Assembly: GCA_965247685.1 (NCBI GenBank)
Contig: OZ252021.1
Coordinates: forward strand, 300,001-332,000
Reading direction: 5' to 3'
From: Bdellovibrionales bacterium
Lineage (GTDB): Bacteria; Bdellovibrionota; Bdellovibrionia; Bdellovibrionales; UBA1609
Length of the DNA: 32,000 nucleotides
Below the pieces are notes generated by a model. It was given only the letters and a program-made list of their open reading frames with translations. It had not been told where the DNA came from and did not search any database. Within the stretch, counting starts at the first letter, position 1; each line of letters begins with the position of its first letter. The translations under genes were made by a program, and so were the position numbers. Shown one piece after another: positions 29,272 to 32,000 of this stretch.

Positions 29272-30876
29272 TTATTCAAACCACCAATATTTATAACCTA
29301 AATCATAGTTGTAGGTGAGCTTAACCATCTTCACTCTTTGAGAGTGTGCATAAAAACTATAAAGAGGGCTAAACATAAAAGTATAAGGGTAATCTTCGGC
29401 AATTAGTTTATAAGCTTTTTTAAGTATTTCAGTACGTTTGGATCGATGAGTTTGCAAGTCAGCTTGATCAATTAAACGATCGACCTCAGGATGATTATAA
29501 CTGATAAAATTTGATCCATTCTTTTGGCTACTTTCAGAATGCCAAATTTGTTTAGGATGCCAATCCACAGTCGTACTTGCCCACGCCAAAAATATAGCAT
29601 CAAATTCTTTCTCATCTAATGTTTTCATAAAAGAAACCCATTCCATCAGTTTTAAAGACATTCTAATGCCATGATTTTTTAAATCTTCCTGATAAAGAGT
29701 GAGGTATTTTTCTATCTGTTGAGTTGGAAAGATTAAAGTAAAGTGAAAATCGACGAGTCGTCCTTCATGGAGTTTATCTAAAACTCCATCCTGGTTGGAA
29801 TCCTTCCAACCGGCTTCAGCCAATAACTGCATAGCTTTTTTAGGATTAAATGCAAAGGAGCGAACATTAGAATCAATATGTTCACTGCCAAAATATCCTG
29901 GACCAGCTATCAGTGCATAAGCATTATTGTGAAATTTTTCATTCATTAAAGAGCGTTTCATCAAAAGACTTAAAGCCTGCCTGACTTTTTTATCTTGAAA
30001 TAAAGATTTTTTAAAATTCCAACCAATAAAACTGTAGCTTTTTGGTTTTTGATTTTGCACTTTTCTTTTTTTAATAGTTTTTCCCCAAGGAGGTTTGGAT
30101 GTCTTTTTAAAATAAGATTCTGCACTCAGTTGAATAAAATCCAACTGACCCTGCTCCATTCTTAATAAAGCATCATGAGAAGATGAAATAATTCGAAAAA
30201 CAATGTTTTCAAAACGATACTGATCTTTAAAAACAGAATTCCCCCACCAAGAGGTATTCTTTTTTAAAACAATCTTCTTATTGCCATCATACTTAATCAA
30301 TCGATAAGGTCCTGATCCAATAAGACTTCTGTTCATTTTTTTTTTCTTATCTTTGTAAATATGCTGAGGTAAAATTTTTAATTCCTCAACTAGATTATCA
30401 AAAGTGCTGAATCGTTTCTCCTTGGCATAAAATCGAATAGTATGATTATTGATGACTTCTGATTTTCCAATATTTTCAAGATAAGGTAAATAATGAGCTC
30501 CACCATAGCTGATATCTTGATAAGCAGAAAGAGAAAAAGCCACATCCTGAGCTGTTAGAGGCTTTCCATCATGCCACTTTACATTTTTCCTCAAATGAAA
30601 AGTGTAAACTTTGTGATTTGGACTTACCTGCCACTTTTCAGCTAAAGAGGGCTCCCATTGATAGGAATCTAAATTTCTGATCAACAATTTATCAAAGACT
30701 AACTTTGAAATATTTGTCGCAGCGGCATCAGAAGCACGAATAGGATGTAAAGTTTCTGGTTGCACACTGAGGCGACGATAAAAAGTAGAATTTTTAGAAC
30801 TTTGAGGAGGTTTGTATTCACAAGAAATTAAGCAAGTCACTAAAAAAGTAACTAATATAGCAATAAAAATTCTCAT
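29272..30876 (-). CDS. yejA: family-5 extracellular solute-binding lipoprotein (YejA-like)
   Basis: The track ORF starts at TTG 30906. I prefer ATG 30876, giving MRIFIAILVTFLVTCLISC, a signal peptide with an L-I-S-C lipobox. The size and the position upstream of yejB and yejE fit an SBP_bac_5 protein. Confidence 0.75.
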   Translation of the reverse strand: MRIFIAILVTFLVTCLISCEYKPPQSSKNSTFYRRLSVQPETLHPIRASDAAATNISKLVFDKLLIRNLDSYQWEPSLAEKWQVSPNHKVYTFHLRKNVKWHDGKPLTAQDVAFSLSAYQDISYGGAHYLPYLENIGKSEVINNHTIRFYAKEKRFSTFDNLVEELKILPQHIYKDKKKKMNRSLIGSGPYRLIKYDGNKKIVLKKNTSWWGNSVFKDQYRFENIVFRIISSSHDALLRMEQGQLDFIQLSAESYFKKTSKPPWGKTIKKRKVQNQKPKSYSFIGWNFKKSLFQDKKVRQALSLLMKRSLMNEKFHNNAYALIAGPGYFGSEHIDSNVRSFAFNPKKAMQLLAEAGWKDSNQDGVLDKLHEGRLVDFHFTLIFPTQQIEKYLTLYQEDLKNHGIRMSLKLMEWVSFMKTLDEKEFDAIFLAWASTTVDWHPKQIWHSESSQKNGSNFISYNHPEVDRLIDQADLQTHRSKRTEILKKAYKLIAEDYPYTFMFSPLYSFYAHSQRVKMVKLTYNYDLGYKYWWFE

Positions 30877-31010
30877 AAGGCGGCCTAAAATAACAAGATT
30901 ATACAATTGATATATAAAGATTACAATAAATTTTTATTTTTTGAAATATTTTAAACGAATGATATTTTTTACTTTTTTTTCACAAAAAAAAAGCATAAGA
31001 AGATTAGTGT

Positions 31011-31982
31011 ATGAGTGAAATTTTTGGACAAACTGCAAGTTATGAAGACTCAAAAATTGCTCTCTTAGGAGTGCCTTGGGAAGTCACAGTTTCTCATTCC
31101 AGTGGTACAGTCCATGGACCTCAATGGATTCAACAGGCCTCTTCACAGCTGGATTTTTTTGATCCCAAGTTTCAACATAACCCTTCTCAACAAGGAATTC
31201 ACTTTCGACACTTAAAGTTTCCTCAGCAAAATCATCTTCGATTACTCGCATCACAAATCATTGAAATTAAAAAAAATCAACCCCCCATAAACCTCCAGAC
31301 TGTCAATAAAGGATGTTATGAAATGGTAGAGATCGTACAACGACATACAAAAAAAATCTTAGACGATCAAAAAATATTTGGACTCATAGGAGGAGATCAC
31401 TCTGTCAGTGAAGGAGCTCTACTTGAAATAGGAAGACGATATGAAAGCGATTTTGGACTTTTGCACTTCGATGCTCACGCTGACATGAGAAAAGCCTACC
31501 AAGGCTTTAAACACTCTCATGCTTCAGTTATGTACAATGTACTTCAACAACCCTACACCCCCCAGACTTTCGTCCAAGTTGGAGTCAGAGATTTGTGCGA
31601 AGAGGAGTTTCAAAGGATATCAGATCATAATCATGTTCATTGTTTTTTTGATCATGATATTAAAAAAAGACTCTTTGAAGGAGAAAGCTGGAAATCTATT
31701 ACCCAAGATATTTTAGAAAAACTTCCCTCTCGTGTTTATGTTTCTTTAGATGTTGATGCTCTCACTTGGAATTACGCCCCTCACACGGGATGCCCCGTTC
31801 CTGGAGGCTTGAGTTATGATCAGATCGTCTTTTTATTGGAACAACTTAAAGAGCAAAATAAGAAAATCATTGGATTTGATGTTGTAGAAGTCGCAAAACC
31901 CACAACTTCCCATTTAGGAGAATGGGATGGTAACGTGGGAGCCCGACTTGTTTACAAGCTTTGTGGATTATCGCTGTTTTAA
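31011..31982 (+). CDS. speB: arginase-fold ureohydrolase, probably agmatinase
   Basis: 323 aa. Metal-binding motifs GGDHSVS, HFDAHADMR and SLDVDAL, plus a GFDVVEV-type C-terminal strand. The agmatinase call rests on speA lying 5 kb upstream. Formimidoylglutamase or another ureohydrolase is not excluded. Confidence 0.7.
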   Translation: MSEIFGQTASYEDSKIALLGVPWEVTVSHSSGTVHGPQWIQQASSQLDFFDPKFQHNPSQQGIHFRHLKFPQQNHLRLLASQIIEIKKNQPPINLQTVNKGCYEMVEIVQRHTKKILDDQKIFGLIGGDHSVSEGALLEIGRRYESDFGLLHFDAHADMRKAYQGFKHSHASVMYNVLQQPYTPQTFVQVGVRDLCEEEFQRISDHNHVHCFFDHDIKKRLFEGESWKSITQDILEKLPSRVYVSLDVDALTWNYAPHTGCPVPGGLSYDQIVFLLEQLKEQNKKIIGFDVVEVAKPTTSHLGEWDGNVGARLVYKLCGLSLF

Positions 31983-32000
31983 AACTCAAAAATTATCGAG

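Noticed and set aside
30972-30993. C-T8-CAC-A9-G inverted repeat in the yejA/speB divergent spacer
   Set aside because: This is a pure A/T homopolymer pairing of negligible stability, expected by chance in AT-rich promoter DNA. At most it is a bending or UP-like element.

Overview
AT-rich chromosomal window (about one-third G+C by eye) from a Gram-negative-type bacterium. I cannot name the organism; the gene set and low GC fit an AT-rich proteobacterium-like, Bdellovibrionota or Oligoflexia-like lineage, but that is a guess. Most of the window is housekeeping. It holds a 5'-complete mfd running off the left edge, which I translated myself because it is missing from the ORF track. Next comes a nuo cluster with only the seven membrane-arm genes (A-H-J-K-L-M-N), then a small membrane-anchored orphan, then groES-groEL. 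After those come rlmB-like, pyrF and a fused double-ATPase yejF, an O-methyltransferase plus a possible alpha/beta-hydrolase, leuS, speA and a CPA-type cation:proton antiporter. The window ends with yejE-yejB-yejA and an arginase-fold agmatinase (speB-like). The only clearly accessory, fast-evolving region is 13.3-16.0 kb. It is a head-to-tail array of three paralogous lipoprotein genes, each with its own near-identical terminator. A duplicated intergenic module of about 380 bp links the copies. The middle copy carries 123-bp tandem coding repeats and is cut by an in-frame TAA where sister repeats read CAA. I saw no tRNA, rRNA, CRISPR array, transposase, integrase or recognisable defence or toxin system. 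The best candidates for something undescribed are the lipoprotein array and the membrane-arm-only nuo cluster. Both are inferences that need database and genome-wide checks I cannot run.
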